This document shows positions 1 through 8,508 of a stretch of DNA of 41,227 nucleotides, one piece after another. Source of the DNA: Candidatus Micrarchaeota archaeon (GTDB taxonomy: Archaea > Micrarchaeota > Micrarchaeia > Anstonellales > Bilamarchaeaceae). The stretch spans positions 1-41,227 of the forward strand of contig JALWZW010000050.1 of the NCBI GenBank assembly GCA_026992595.1, written 5' to 3'. The position numbers and the translations under genes are program-made. The notes beneath the pieces were generated by a model. That model worked only from the letters and a program-made list of their open reading frames with translations, was not told the origin of the DNA and did not search any database. Every line of letters starts with the position of its first letter. The first letter of the stretch is position 1.

Positions 1-11
1 TGTGGAGGTCT

Positions 12-635
12 TTGGAGAAAGAGGAGGAATATTGGAAAAAGGAGTTAAAAACAGGTAAGGCAAGGTATCTGCTCTATAAACCACTAAAAATCCTTAATAT
101 GTTTCTTATCTCTGTCATGATGGCCGGCGCTTTAGTCAGTTACTACTATCTCGCTCTTTTATTGGGCCGCAATATTTTTGATTTAAACTCATGGGCATGG
201 ACTGTAGGAGGAGCGGCTGTTTTTTATGCTTCTCTAAATGTTGCAAGCCGCATATCTAGGTGGTTATGGAAGGTAGAGTACTGTGAGGCGAATAGAGATA
301 AATATTGGTGTATAGATTTTCCTTCTATGAGGTTGCGCTCTTTGAGAGCGATCCGGCGCATTGCGGAAGGCGAGGTTACAAAGGAGAATTTAGAGGCCCT
401 CGAGATCTACAATCATACCTTGGATTTTAAATTGGAAGACGGCACCTCTCTTTTTGAGCGCGCCTATCAGAACAACAATGTAGAGGCGATGAGGATTTTG
501 CTTATCCTTTCCTTTTGGCCTCCTTATGAAAAGGTTATCTCCTATTTCTTATCACGCCTAGAAGAAAAGGCGCGCACAGAGGGAGGGGGAAAGGGGGAGT
601 GCGCAGAGGCTAAGAACGCAAACAATCCCTCTTAA
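12..635 (+). CDS. Hypothetical membrane protein: two TM helices plus an ankyrin-like C-terminal module (paralog of 11294-12646)
   Basis: ORF track. Two hydrophobic helices (FLISVMMAGALVSYYYLALLL, WTVGGAAVFYASL). The segment LEDGTSLFERAYQNNNVEAMRILLILSFW...SYFLSRLEEKARTE aligns by eye with LEDGTPLFVRAYERRNRRAMELLLLLSW...NYLLHALEEEARRE of the 450-aa ORF. Start is uncertain: TTG at 12 lies at the window edge, and an internal ATG sits near 99. Confidence 0.45.
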   Translation: MEKEEEYWKKELKTGKARYLLYKPLKILNMFLISVMMAGALVSYYYLALLLGRNIFDLNSWAWTVGGAAVFYASLNVASRISRWLWKVEYCEANRDKYWCIDFPSMRLRSLRAIRRIAEGEVTKENLEALEIYNHTLDFKLEDGTSLFERAYQNNNVEAMRILLILSFWPPYEKVISYFLSRLEEKARTEGGGKGECAEAKNANNPS

Positions 636-2106
636 CTCTTTCCACACCTATTGCAACCAACAACTTTCCTAAACGCGGCCCTCTCTCTTTCCCTAACAAG
701 GTTTTGTAAATCTCTGCAAAAAGTTTTTTTGGCTCCACCCCTTTTTCCCGCGCAAAATCAAACACTGCGTTATGAATGGTAAGCGCATCATCTCCTGCCT
801 TTAACCTATTTAAAAATTCCGCAACCAGCCCCTCTGCTTTAGATGGCCGGTAGGAGAAGGCATACTCCTCTGGCACAATGCCTTTTTTCACCCATTCTTC
901 TACATAGCCCGCAATGCTCATCACGCTTTCCTCTCCTGTTCTTTCCTTCACCTCTTCCCAGTTTTTGTAAAGTTGGTAATAAACCAGCGCATCTGCAAAT
1001 GCCACTCCCCACTCCCTCTCCCCGCTTAAATTATATGCTTCCAGCATCTTCTCCTCTGCTCTTATCAACTCTGGCTTTTCAGGAAGACGGGATGCCCTTT
1101 CATATTCTTCTATTGCTCTTAAGAGGCGCGGCGGTGTAAGGTCCACATTTAGGTTTTCCTCCAAATCAGGGCGGAGAAGCATATATTTTATGGTTTGGGG
1201 AGGCATTATTTTTATCAACTCTCGCACGCTTAGACCTATTCCTTTAGATTTAGAGAACTTCTTCCCTCTCAAAAGCACAAAGCCATATTTATAGGAGAGG
1301 GGGTGTTTTTTGCCTATAATCTGCTCGGTAATTTGCTTGCAACTATCCTCTGAGCCGCCGCGCGTATGATGATCCACTCCAGCCCCTTCAATGCAGGTGC
1401 TGAATATCTGCTTCCATGCAGGCCAATGCAACCGCCACACCAATTTCCACTTATGCTCACTTATGCTGCTCTCTCCTTCTTCCCCACACCCTTTGGTGTA
1501 CCCAACATCTACATCGCACACATATCTAAACCTCTCCCCATCATGCCACACCACCCGTGTGGTTGCTATTTTACCGCAATGGGCGCACACCGCCATTAAA
1601 GGCGACCAGTTTTTCAATTTCCTTCCGCTCACGCGCTCTAAAATCTCCTTAACTTCCTTCTCCTTCCTTAAAAACAACCGCGCCCATTCATCAAACCTCC
1701 CCTGCTCATAATACTCATTTATCCTCACAATCTCTGGACGCACCCCTAATTTATCCATTATTCTCTTTGCTTCATCTAAATAATGGTCTCCAAAACTTTC
1801 GCTCTCTCCTGTAGGGTCTGGGACATTGCACAGCGGCTTTCCTAAATGCGCTTTTAACTCCCCCTCCCATTCCTTCATCTCTGCAGGGATGCTGTCAAAC
1901 GCATCAAAAATATCCGCGATAAAATAGAACTTTACTTGGCGCCCTTTCCGCTTTAGTTGTTGGGCAATTACCCAAGGAAAAAGAAATTCGCATATTGTTC
2001 CCAAATGCGCGGGCCCAGAAGTGGTCATTCCCCCTGTCACCACTAGCTCTTCCCTATCTTTATATTCCGCTATCACCCTTTCTGCAAGCATTTCTGACCA
2101 GTGCAT
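610..2106 (-). CDS. lysK: Lysyl-tRNA synthetase, class I (archaeal type)
   Basis: 498 aa. N-terminal MHWSE...TSGPAHLGT is a HIGH-like class I signature and KFSKSKG is a KMSKS-like loop. Length and layout fit archaeal class I LysRS. Confidence 0.85.
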   Translation of the reverse strand: MHWSEMLAERVIAEYKDREELVVTGGMTTSGPAHLGTICEFLFPWVIAQQLKRKGRQVKFYFIADIFDAFDSIPAEMKEWEGELKAHLGKPLCNVPDPTGESESFGDHYLDEAKRIMDKLGVRPEIVRINEYYEQGRFDEWARLFLRKEKEVKEILERVSGRKLKNWSPLMAVCAHCGKIATTRVVWHDGERFRYVCDVDVGYTKGCGEEGESSISEHKWKLVWRLHWPAWKQIFSTCIEGAGVDHHTRGGSEDSCKQITEQIIGKKHPLSYKYGFVLLRGKKFSKSKGIGLSVRELIKIMPPQTIKYMLLRPDLEENLNVDLTPPRLLRAIEEYERASRLPEKPELIRAEEKMLEAYNLSGEREWGVAFADALVYYQLYKNWEEVKERTGEESVMSIAGYVEEWVKKGIVPEEYAFSYRPSKAEGLVAEFLNRLKAGDDALTIHNAVFDFAREKGVEPKKLFAEIYKTLLGKERGPRLGKLLVAIGVERVKRDCLRS

Positions 2107-2167
2107 GAGGATTTATAAGAGGAAGAGGATTATAAGTTTTTGGGAAGGGCGCGCCTGTTAGTCAAAG

Positions 2168-2180
2168 TTAAAAATAAAAA
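2168..2180 (+). promoter_or_regulatory. TATA-like box upstream of the six-paralog operon
   Basis: TTAAAAATAAAAA lies about 25-30 nt upstream of the ATG at 2203, which would give a leaderless or short-leader transcript. Supported by sequence and spacing only. Confidence 0.25.
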
Positions 2181-2202
2181 CCTTAAAGTGCTTTATCTTC
2201 TG

Positions 2203-3375
2203 ATGGCTTTGGACCTAATGCCCGCCGTGCCTATGCTTGCGGTAGCAGTTTCTATTTTTCTCGCCCTCGCTTATTTACTCTCCCGCGCTCTTCAGAACGA
2301 GCAGTTAGCGCTTTGGGTGAAGATTGAGTTGGCTGAATTGATTGTTTCTGCAGTGCTCATCGCCATTATAACGGGCATGTTTGCGAGCGCACCCCAAATT
2401 TTAAGAGATTATACCGGGGAGGCGGGTGATTTTAGAGAAATAACGCTTGCTGTTGTAGATGGTTGGATTGATGGTTTTTATGCTTCTTATAAAGGGCTGG
2501 TAAAACTCTCTAACTTCATAGGTCAAATGTCCTCGCTAACCTTCGGAGTTTCCATACCTGTTTATGTTTTTACTTTTGGTTTTGGCGGCTCCACTTATGG
2601 GGGAGTGAGCATACTTTTAGGGATGCTTAGCCGCCTTTCCACTTCTTTAACCACCCTTGTTTTTTTGTATGAAGGGTTGAGAGCGCTACTTGAATTTATC
2701 TTTATCACCGTTCCCCCTATTCTCCTCCCCCTCTCTTTCATGGCGCGCCTCATCCCCTTTTTAAGAAAAACAGGGAGCGCTCTTATTGCCTTATCTATAA
2801 CTGCCTATTTGCTTTTACCCTTTGCAATAATCTTCACCAACGCCCTTAATGAAGCGTTGGGAGAGGAAAAGCCAGAGGCAGTGGAAAATGTCTCAAGCCC
2901 CTTCTACTCCCTTTCTGCGGCAAGCGTGATGAAGGGGGTGGTGTGTAGTGAAGTAGGGCGCGTCCCTATAGATACAATAAGAGGACTAAGAAACATGGGG
3001 GAGCAATTATTTGGTTTTATTTCTTGCATTTGGGCGATCCCTTTTGGCTGGTTTCCCGGCTGCTATGCTACTGTGACTCTTAGTATTTATCCCTTCCTCA
3101 ACATAGCTTTTGACCTATTCATGTCTGCCCTCTTTTTGGCGTTTGTTATGGAATATGTTTTTGAATCTGCGGCTGCGGCGGCTGGGGGAGGCGGCTCAGC
3201 ACCCACAGTGATCTTTGAAAGCGCGCAATATTATGCAACAGAAACCACAAAACTGATTGTTTTAGGGAATGTAAATCTTGTTCTAATAGCGCTTATTGTG
3301 CTGGTAGGCGCTCGCTCTATCTCTACAGCGCTTGGCGGTGATTGGTATATGGCAGGAATTCAGAGGTTGATATGA
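2203..3375 (+). CDS. Polytopic membrane protein, paralog 1 of 6 (function unknown)
   Basis: The ORF track gives 2140-3375 from a TTG. The in-frame ATG at 2203 (MALDLMPAVPML...) matches the N-termini of paralogs 5 and 6. Family motifs present: WVKIELAELIVSAVLIA, MARLIPFLRKTGSALIALSITAYLLLPF, C-terminal tail ALGGDWYMAGIQRLI. Multiple TM helices. Confidence 0.8.
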   Translation: MALDLMPAVPMLAVAVSIFLALAYLLSRALQNEQLALWVKIELAELIVSAVLIAIITGMFASAPQILRDYTGEAGDFREITLAVVDGWIDGFYASYKGLVKLSNFIGQMSSLTFGVSIPVYVFTFGFGGSTYGGVSILLGMLSRLSTSLTTLVFLYEGLRALLEFIFITVPPILLPLSFMARLIPFLRKTGSALIALSITAYLLLPFAIIFTNALNEALGEEKPEAVENVSSPFYSLSAASVMKGVVCSEVGRVPIDTIRGLRNMGEQLFGFISCIWAIPFGWFPGCYATVTLSIYPFLNIAFDLFMSALFLAFVMEYVFESAAAAAGGGGSAPTVIFESAQYYATETTKLIVLGNVNLVLIALIVLVGARSISTALGGDWYMAGIQRLI

Positions 3376-4379
3376 TGAAAAAGGCACTTCTCTTTTTGTT
3401 TTTCATTTCTCTTTCTTATGCGCTTCAATGCGTTGATTTGGGGGAACTTTCCGATTTTATGATTGCAGAGGCCGGCGTCTATTTAGCCCCTCTTATAATG
3501 CTCCTTATAGTGGTAATAGCGCTTTTATATGCAGGAGGCACTGTGCTCAACAGGCCTGACCTTATAATAATTGCAAAAGATGAACTTTACCACTTATTTA
3601 TTTCTGTAATAATTCTTATCTCGTTTGGAGGTGTTGCGGTTTTCTCTTGTTTAGCGCTTGATTTCTTCTATCAAAACCTATTTTCCACCCTTTTTGAAAG
3701 CAGAGATTCTTATTGCTATACCCTCTCCTCTTCAGTGTACGATACCGCTTTTTGCTATGCTGATATGTTGGAGCGTGATGCACTCAAACTTGCAGAAGAA
3801 TATACGCGCTTATATATATCAAAGTTAAGAGAATCTGCTTTTGCCGTGACTATGGGGCTGCTCATCACCGATACTTACACTGTGGCTTCCTCTGCCTACA
3901 ATCGCGTTATTGCAAACCAATATAACTTCCTCCTTAACACTTTTATTATCCCTATTCTTACCAGCATCCGCGTTCAAAAGCTTGCATTGGGCTTTATTCA
4001 AAATGAACTTATAAAATATGCGCTTCCCGCAGCCATCATTGCGCGCTTTATCCCATTCTTGCGCCAATCAGGCAATATGGGGTTGGTGATGGTTCTTTCC
4101 ATTTATGTAATAGTTCCCTTCTTCTATGTGCTTGGTTTATCTACTTTTGAATATATTCTCACCCCTCAAGAGTGCGCAGAAAATGCGTTGCTTCAGCAAG
4201 CGCTTTATGACCCGCCTTTTGATAACTCTGAGATAGCAAACAGTTGCAACCCTGATCAACTAAGTTTTTTAGCAATAGCACGGCTGCTACCGCAAGCGGT
4301 ATTTTTGCCAAACCTAACGCTTACGGTAAGTATTTTATTCATATTAGGCGTTAATAGGGCTTTGAGAGGGATAGGATGA
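3372..4379 (+). CDS. Polytopic membrane protein, paralog 2 of 6 (function unknown)
   Basis: The ATG at 3372 overlaps the stop of paralog 1 (ATGA), with GAGGT upstream. Signal-peptide-like MMKKALLFLFFISLSYA. Motifs IAKDELYHLFISVIILI and IARFIPFLRQSGNMGLVMVLSIYVIVPF. It ends at ...NRALRGIG and lacks the extended tail. Confidence 0.8.
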   Translation: MMKKALLFLFFISLSYALQCVDLGELSDFMIAEAGVYLAPLIMLLIVVIALLYAGGTVLNRPDLIIIAKDELYHLFISVIILISFGGVAVFSCLALDFFYQNLFSTLFESRDSYCYTLSSSVYDTAFCYADMLERDALKLAEEYTRLYISKLRESAFAVTMGLLITDTYTVASSAYNRVIANQYNFLLNTFIIPILTSIRVQKLALGFIQNELIKYALPAAIIARFIPFLRQSGNMGLVMVLSIYVIVPFFYVLGLSTFEYILTPQECAENALLQQALYDPPFDNSEIANSCNPDQLSFLAIARLLPQAVFLPNLTLTVSILFILGVNRALRGIG

Positions 4380-6457
4380 AGCGCTTGTTGCTTTTATTTT
4401 TATTGTTTGTTTCTTTTGCCTCCTCTCCTGCTCAAACCCAGTTTGAGGAGGCCACTTCATCCTTTGCTTTAGAATTGGTGCGCGATTGGAAAGCAATTTC
4501 CATCGCCGTCCTTCTCCTCTCCACTGTTATTGTAGCGCTTGCTTACGGTTTCGGTATCGCTTTTGAACTTCCTCAAGTAAAAGCGTGGGCTAATTTGGAG
4601 TTAAGGCAGATTATCGCAAACGCGCTCATCATCGCTTTTCTCATTGCTTCCATTGCTTTTATTGACAATTTGGCGCGCGCGCTTGTGGAGGAAAGCGGAA
4701 TTGCAGTTCCTGAATGCGCTGCAGGCCGCGCTGACTGCTTGCAAGGGGTTGCAAAAACATACATTCAGCAATACTACCAAATGGCTGAAAACGAGTTAAA
4801 GGCGGTTTATTTAGAAAATGTGGCTGATTCGCGTCTTGCTTCTTTAAGAACCTCTGCTTCCTGCTACAGCATCATTGTTCCTGTCCCCTGTTTCCAATTT
4901 GCTATCAACGCTCTCCCATTTGCTATACTTTATTTAGATGTTGATTATAACATGGTGGTGTTTGAGCATTTGCTCAACATTGCCGCTTCCCTTAAGTCAC
5001 AAGAATTTTTTGTAACCGTTATTGGCTACAATTGGGGCCCCATTCTCTTGGCGCTGGGAGTGGTGGCGCGCTCCTTTTATTTAACAAGAAGGTTGGGCGG
5101 CCTTTTAATCGCTGCCTCCATTGGCATCCTCTTTTTCCTCCCCTTTATGTATCTCTTCAATTGGCTTACTTTGGACACCGTTCTAACCTCTTCTTTAGAA
5201 GGGCGCGGCGCTTCTGCAACCTGCCCTTCAGAGTGTATGAAACGCTACCCTGTTGCTTTCAGCGGCTCTCAATCATTTACAGATGAGGACCTGGCAGGGT
5301 TGGGCTTTTCAGAAAATGAGATTAACGCGCTTTCTAATGGAAGCGCCTCTTCGCTCAGCAAAGAGGGCCGCACCTATTATTCCTGCTTTGTGGATGAAAA
5401 CGGCGCGAAATCTGAGGAACAGTGCCCGCGCACCTGCAGAGAGATTCCTTACCCTCAAACCACAGTGTGTGCTGATGAAGATGTGCAAAAGGCATGTGGG
5501 GAGTTGATAAAGGAGTGTAAGGTTGAAAGAGTGGTGGAGGGAGAGGATAGGGATGCGCTTCTGAGCGGCGCTGCGGCTGCTCAATGCCCTGATGCCTGCA
5601 AAATCACCCCCCCGCTTAAGGATGATTGCGGCGCCACTGATTGCAGAACGGTACCTTTTGCGTGCCGCCTTGCCTATAAGCAATATGTGCTTGATGAGGA
5701 TGGGGTGGGCTTCATACCTACTTATTCTTTCCCTGTTAGGTTAGATGATGAAGGAGAGAATATTTGCAGGGATGCGGAAAAGTGCTTTGAGGGGTTGGAA
5801 GATGGCACTTATTTAAGCGCTTATTCTTCCTGCGGCTATATTGTGCCTAAAGAGCAGTCCTGCAGCGAACTTTGTGCTGACTGCCCCCCTCCCTGCCGCA
5901 TTGTTTATATTCCTGCCAGCGAGTCAGACCCTTGGTATATAATGTGCAGGGATTATAGCGTAGAGTGCGTTTCCTGCCCTGTTACTTGCAAAGCAGATGT
6001 CACTTATGATAATTTGAGAAAACTTAAATCTTGCGGCTCTTGCCCTGATTATAAGCGTGTGGTGGGGTTTGGACTTCCTGAAGATTATTTTGAGGGCGCT
6101 TGCTCTTTAGACCAGTGCCCTGCTGATTTAGAGCACAGGGTGCTTATCCCCTCTTCCTCATGCGAAGGGTGTATGTTTAGCGATGAACGCGCCTACTTCA
6201 ACCCGCCCATCACTCCCAATTGCGCTGAGGTGTGCTCTCCTGAGCAGACCACTTATGCCAAATCGCCTGGCCGCTACTCTCAATTGGGCGGAGAGGGGAT
6301 GGCAGGGCCTGAGGAGGTTAAAAACATTTCAAAACTTATGCTTCCCGGCTATCTCTTACCGCTTTTCAATTTAATCGCTACCCTTGTATTTGTAAAAGGG
6401 CTTTCAGAGTTGTTAGGCGGGGATATTGAGATTCCGGGTATTAGGAGGTTGGTGTGA
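4376..6457 (+). CDS. Polytopic membrane protein, paralog 3 of 6, with a large Cys-rich ectodomain insertion
   Basis: ATGA overlap with paralog 2. Signal-like MKRLLLLFLLFVSFASS. Motifs WANLELRQIIANALIIAF and VARSFYLTRRLGGLLIAASIGILFFLPF. A roughly 340-aa insert holds about 32 Cys by hand count, including CPSEC, CPRTC, CPDAC, CPPPC and CPVTC. Final TM plus tail LLGGDIEIPGIRRLV. Confidence 0.85.
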   Translation: MKRLLLLFLLFVSFASSPAQTQFEEATSSFALELVRDWKAISIAVLLLSTVIVALAYGFGIAFELPQVKAWANLELRQIIANALIIAFLIASIAFIDNLARALVEESGIAVPECAAGRADCLQGVAKTYIQQYYQMAENELKAVYLENVADSRLASLRTSASCYSIIVPVPCFQFAINALPFAILYLDVDYNMVVFEHLLNIAASLKSQEFFVTVIGYNWGPILLALGVVARSFYLTRRLGGLLIAASIGILFFLPFMYLFNWLTLDTVLTSSLEGRGASATCPSECMKRYPVAFSGSQSFTDEDLAGLGFSENEINALSNGSASSLSKEGRTYYSCFVDENGAKSEEQCPRTCREIPYPQTTVCADEDVQKACGELIKECKVERVVEGEDRDALLSGAAAAQCPDACKITPPLKDDCGATDCRTVPFACRLAYKQYVLDEDGVGFIPTYSFPVRLDDEGENICRDAEKCFEGLEDGTYLSAYSSCGYIVPKEQSCSELCADCPPPCRIVYIPASESDPWYIMCRDYSVECVSCPVTCKADVTYDNLRKLKSCGSCPDYKRVVGFGLPEDYFEGACSLDQCPADLEHRVLIPSSSCEGCMFSDERAYFNPPITPNCAEVCSPEQTTYAKSPGRYSQLGGEGMAGPEEVKNISKLMLPGYLLPLFNLIATLVFVKGLSELLGGDIEIPGIRRLV

Positions 6458-7443
6458 TGAGAGCGCTTATCTTTTTATTTGTGATTTCCGCTGTTTTTGC
6501 GGCTTGGCAGTCCTTTGCGCTATTAGCGCTCACCACCTCTGTGGTTTTGTTAGCGCTTATATATGGCATTGCCATCGCCTTTTCTGTAAATGAATTGAAG
6601 TTGGTGGCTAAAGAGGAACTTTATCAAATTATCGCCACTGCCCTTATCATCGCTTTGTTGATGGGAAGCGACGGGCTGCTTAATGCAATCTCCACCAACG
6701 CAGACCTCTTGGTGGAAGGCACTACCACTGTGCAGGGAAGCGCTTTAGCCATTCTTTCTAACTACGCAGAACGCTTAGAAAATGCGTTAGAGCGAATAAA
6801 AGAGTTGGACCTTGAGGCAGGTATTGCGGGCTCTACCACTCGCAGTTGCTATGGTGCTTCCTCCACCGCTTACCTTACTTTTAGAGATTGCGGCGGCTTT
6901 TCTATGTACAACCCTGCTTTTTCTGTTGCTGGGGGTGTGGTAGGTGCTGCTTTAGGAGTCATATACTCCATCAAAAATTTAATTCGCTTAGGGGTTGGCT
7001 TTGGCTTCACTATCCTCTTGCCGGTGGGCATCATTTTAAGGACTTTTAAGTTTACGCGAGGTGCCGGAGGGTTGGTTATTGCTTTTGGTATAGCCCTTTA
7101 TTTAATTATTCCTTTGGCAGTTTTATTCGGCGACATGTTGGTTAAAGAGTTTGAGGAAAACTCTTCCACTTATTCTACAGAACCTTCTTCTGTAAGTGTG
7201 GAATTTGATTGCGGGGGCTTTGACCTGAAAGATCTCTATAGAACCCCTACCATGGCTGCTAACAGGGCTGCTTCACAGGTGGATGGGTTAAGACAACTTT
7301 TAAGAGCTTATACTAAAGATGTTTTAATGAGGGGGATTTTAGTGCCTGCTATCGCCCTGCTCTCTTTTGCCAGTTCTCTAAGTGCTTTGGCGGCTTTAGG
7401 AGGGGCAGAGATTAATGTCTCTGCATTGGCGAGGTTTATATGA
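6454..7443 (+). CDS. Polytopic membrane protein, paralog 4 of 6 (function unknown)
   Basis: GTG at 6454 or ATG at 6457 overlaps the paralog 3 stop, with AGGAGG at 6443-6448. Signal-like MMRALIFLFVISAVFA. Motifs VAKEELYQIIATALIIAL and ILRTFKFTRGAGGLVIAFGIALYLIIPL. Tail ALGGAEINVSALARFI. Confidence 0.8.
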   Translation: MMRALIFLFVISAVFAAWQSFALLALTTSVVLLALIYGIAIAFSVNELKLVAKEELYQIIATALIIALLMGSDGLLNAISTNADLLVEGTTTVQGSALAILSNYAERLENALERIKELDLEAGIAGSTTRSCYGASSTAYLTFRDCGGFSMYNPAFSVAGGVVGAALGVIYSIKNLIRLGVGFGFTILLPVGIILRTFKFTRGAGGLVIAFGIALYLIIPLAVLFGDMLVKEFEENSSTYSTEPSSVSVEFDCGGFDLKDLYRTPTMAANRAASQVDGLRQLLRAYTKDVLMRGILVPAIALLSFASSLSALAALGGAEINVSALARFI

Positions 7444-8504
7444 TGCTGTGCGAACAGTTTAATGATTTCTTGCTCACCTCTCTCCTGCCTTTAATCGCCA
7501 CCGCCTCTATGGCCACCGGCATTATAATTGCTTTAGTGCTGTTATTGGGAAGGGCGATAGGCAATTCTCGTTTAAGCGTTTGGGCTAAAGATGAGGTGGT
7601 GCAACTCTTCTTCTCCCTTGCCTTTATCTCCTTTGTCCCTCTTTTGGTTAATTTAAGTTGCACCCTAAACGCCAACGATTTCAGAAACATTTTGCTCGAA
7701 GAAACCTCTTCAGAGGTGGTAAATCTCTATGATGCGGCTGAACTTTATGTGCTTTCTGCAGCGCGCTATTCGCATGAGGCGTTGGCAGCGGTGAGGTATC
7801 ATTTAGAGGTGTATGCGGTGCTTTCTGCTTCAAGCGGCTTTGAGTGTGCTTTCTCCTTTTTAGGGTGCTTGTTTGGGTATACTGGAGATAGTTTCTCTCT
7901 TTTTGGAGGATACGGAGCCCTTCAATCCGCCCTCTCTCTTTTCTTTAATTTAACTGTTATCTCTCTCATGACTGCCCTTCTTCATTATTTCATCCTTTCT
8001 CTCACCTCTAAAGCATTCTTGTTCTTCTTACTTCCTTTAGGCCTCTTTTTCCGCTCTCTGCCTTACATGAGGATACTTGGCTCTGTTCTCTTTGCCCTCG
8101 CCCTTTCCTTTATTTTCATTTATCCCCTTCTCCTTTCCATATTTTGGATAGGTAGCGATTTTGTTCTCCTTGTGCCTTCAGAGATCGGCGAGGGCGATGC
8201 TTATTTAAGAGCAGAAGAGGATATGGTGGGCCGTGCAGGGGCTGCAGCCGCTTCTTCGGTGGCTGCGTTGGCCAGTTTGGTGCCAGGAGCAGGCACCGAG
8301 TTAGCACAGGCCGCAATAAAGGCGTTTTATTTTGATGATGTGGATGAGAGGCCTTATGCAGTGATGGATTTTGCGGTAAGGGCGCTTTTTGCCGCTGTTA
8401 TCCTACCCACCTTGGCTTTAATAGGCGCGCTTGCTTCCACCGTTTACATTGCAAAATTCTTTGGCCAGCAGGTAGATTTAAGTAGGTTAATGCAGTTGAT
8501 GTGA
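7440..8504 (+). CDS. Polytopic membrane protein, paralog 5 of 6 (function unknown)
   Basis: ATGA overlap with paralog 4. Motifs WAKDEVVQLFFSLAFISF and FFRSLPYMRILGSVLFALALSFIFIYPL. Divergent tail FFGQQVDLSRLMQLM. Confidence 0.8.
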   Translation: MMLCEQFNDFLLTSLLPLIATASMATGIIIALVLLLGRAIGNSRLSVWAKDEVVQLFFSLAFISFVPLLVNLSCTLNANDFRNILLEETSSEVVNLYDAAELYVLSAARYSHEALAAVRYHLEVYAVLSASSGFECAFSFLGCLFGYTGDSFSLFGGYGALQSALSLFFNLTVISLMTALLHYFILSLTSKAFLFFLLPLGLFFRSLPYMRILGSVLFALALSFIFIYPLLLSIFWIGSDFVLLVPSEIGEGDAYLRAEEDMVGRAGAAAASSVAALASLVPGAGTELAQAAIKAFYFDDVDERPYAVMDFAVRALFAAVILPTLALIGALASTVYIAKFFGQQVDLSRLMQLM

Positions 8505-8508
8505 TAGG

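Noticed and set aside
843-1711. Plus-strand ORFs of 98, 77 and 106 aa
   Set aside because: They lie entirely within and antisense to the class I LysRS gene. The proline/serine/leucine-rich translations are typical of shadow ORFs.
5032-5683. Alternative-frame and antisense ORFs (84, 84 and 124 aa) within paralog 3
   Set aside because: They are embedded in the 693-aa ORF, whose flanking family motifs and tail establish the frame.
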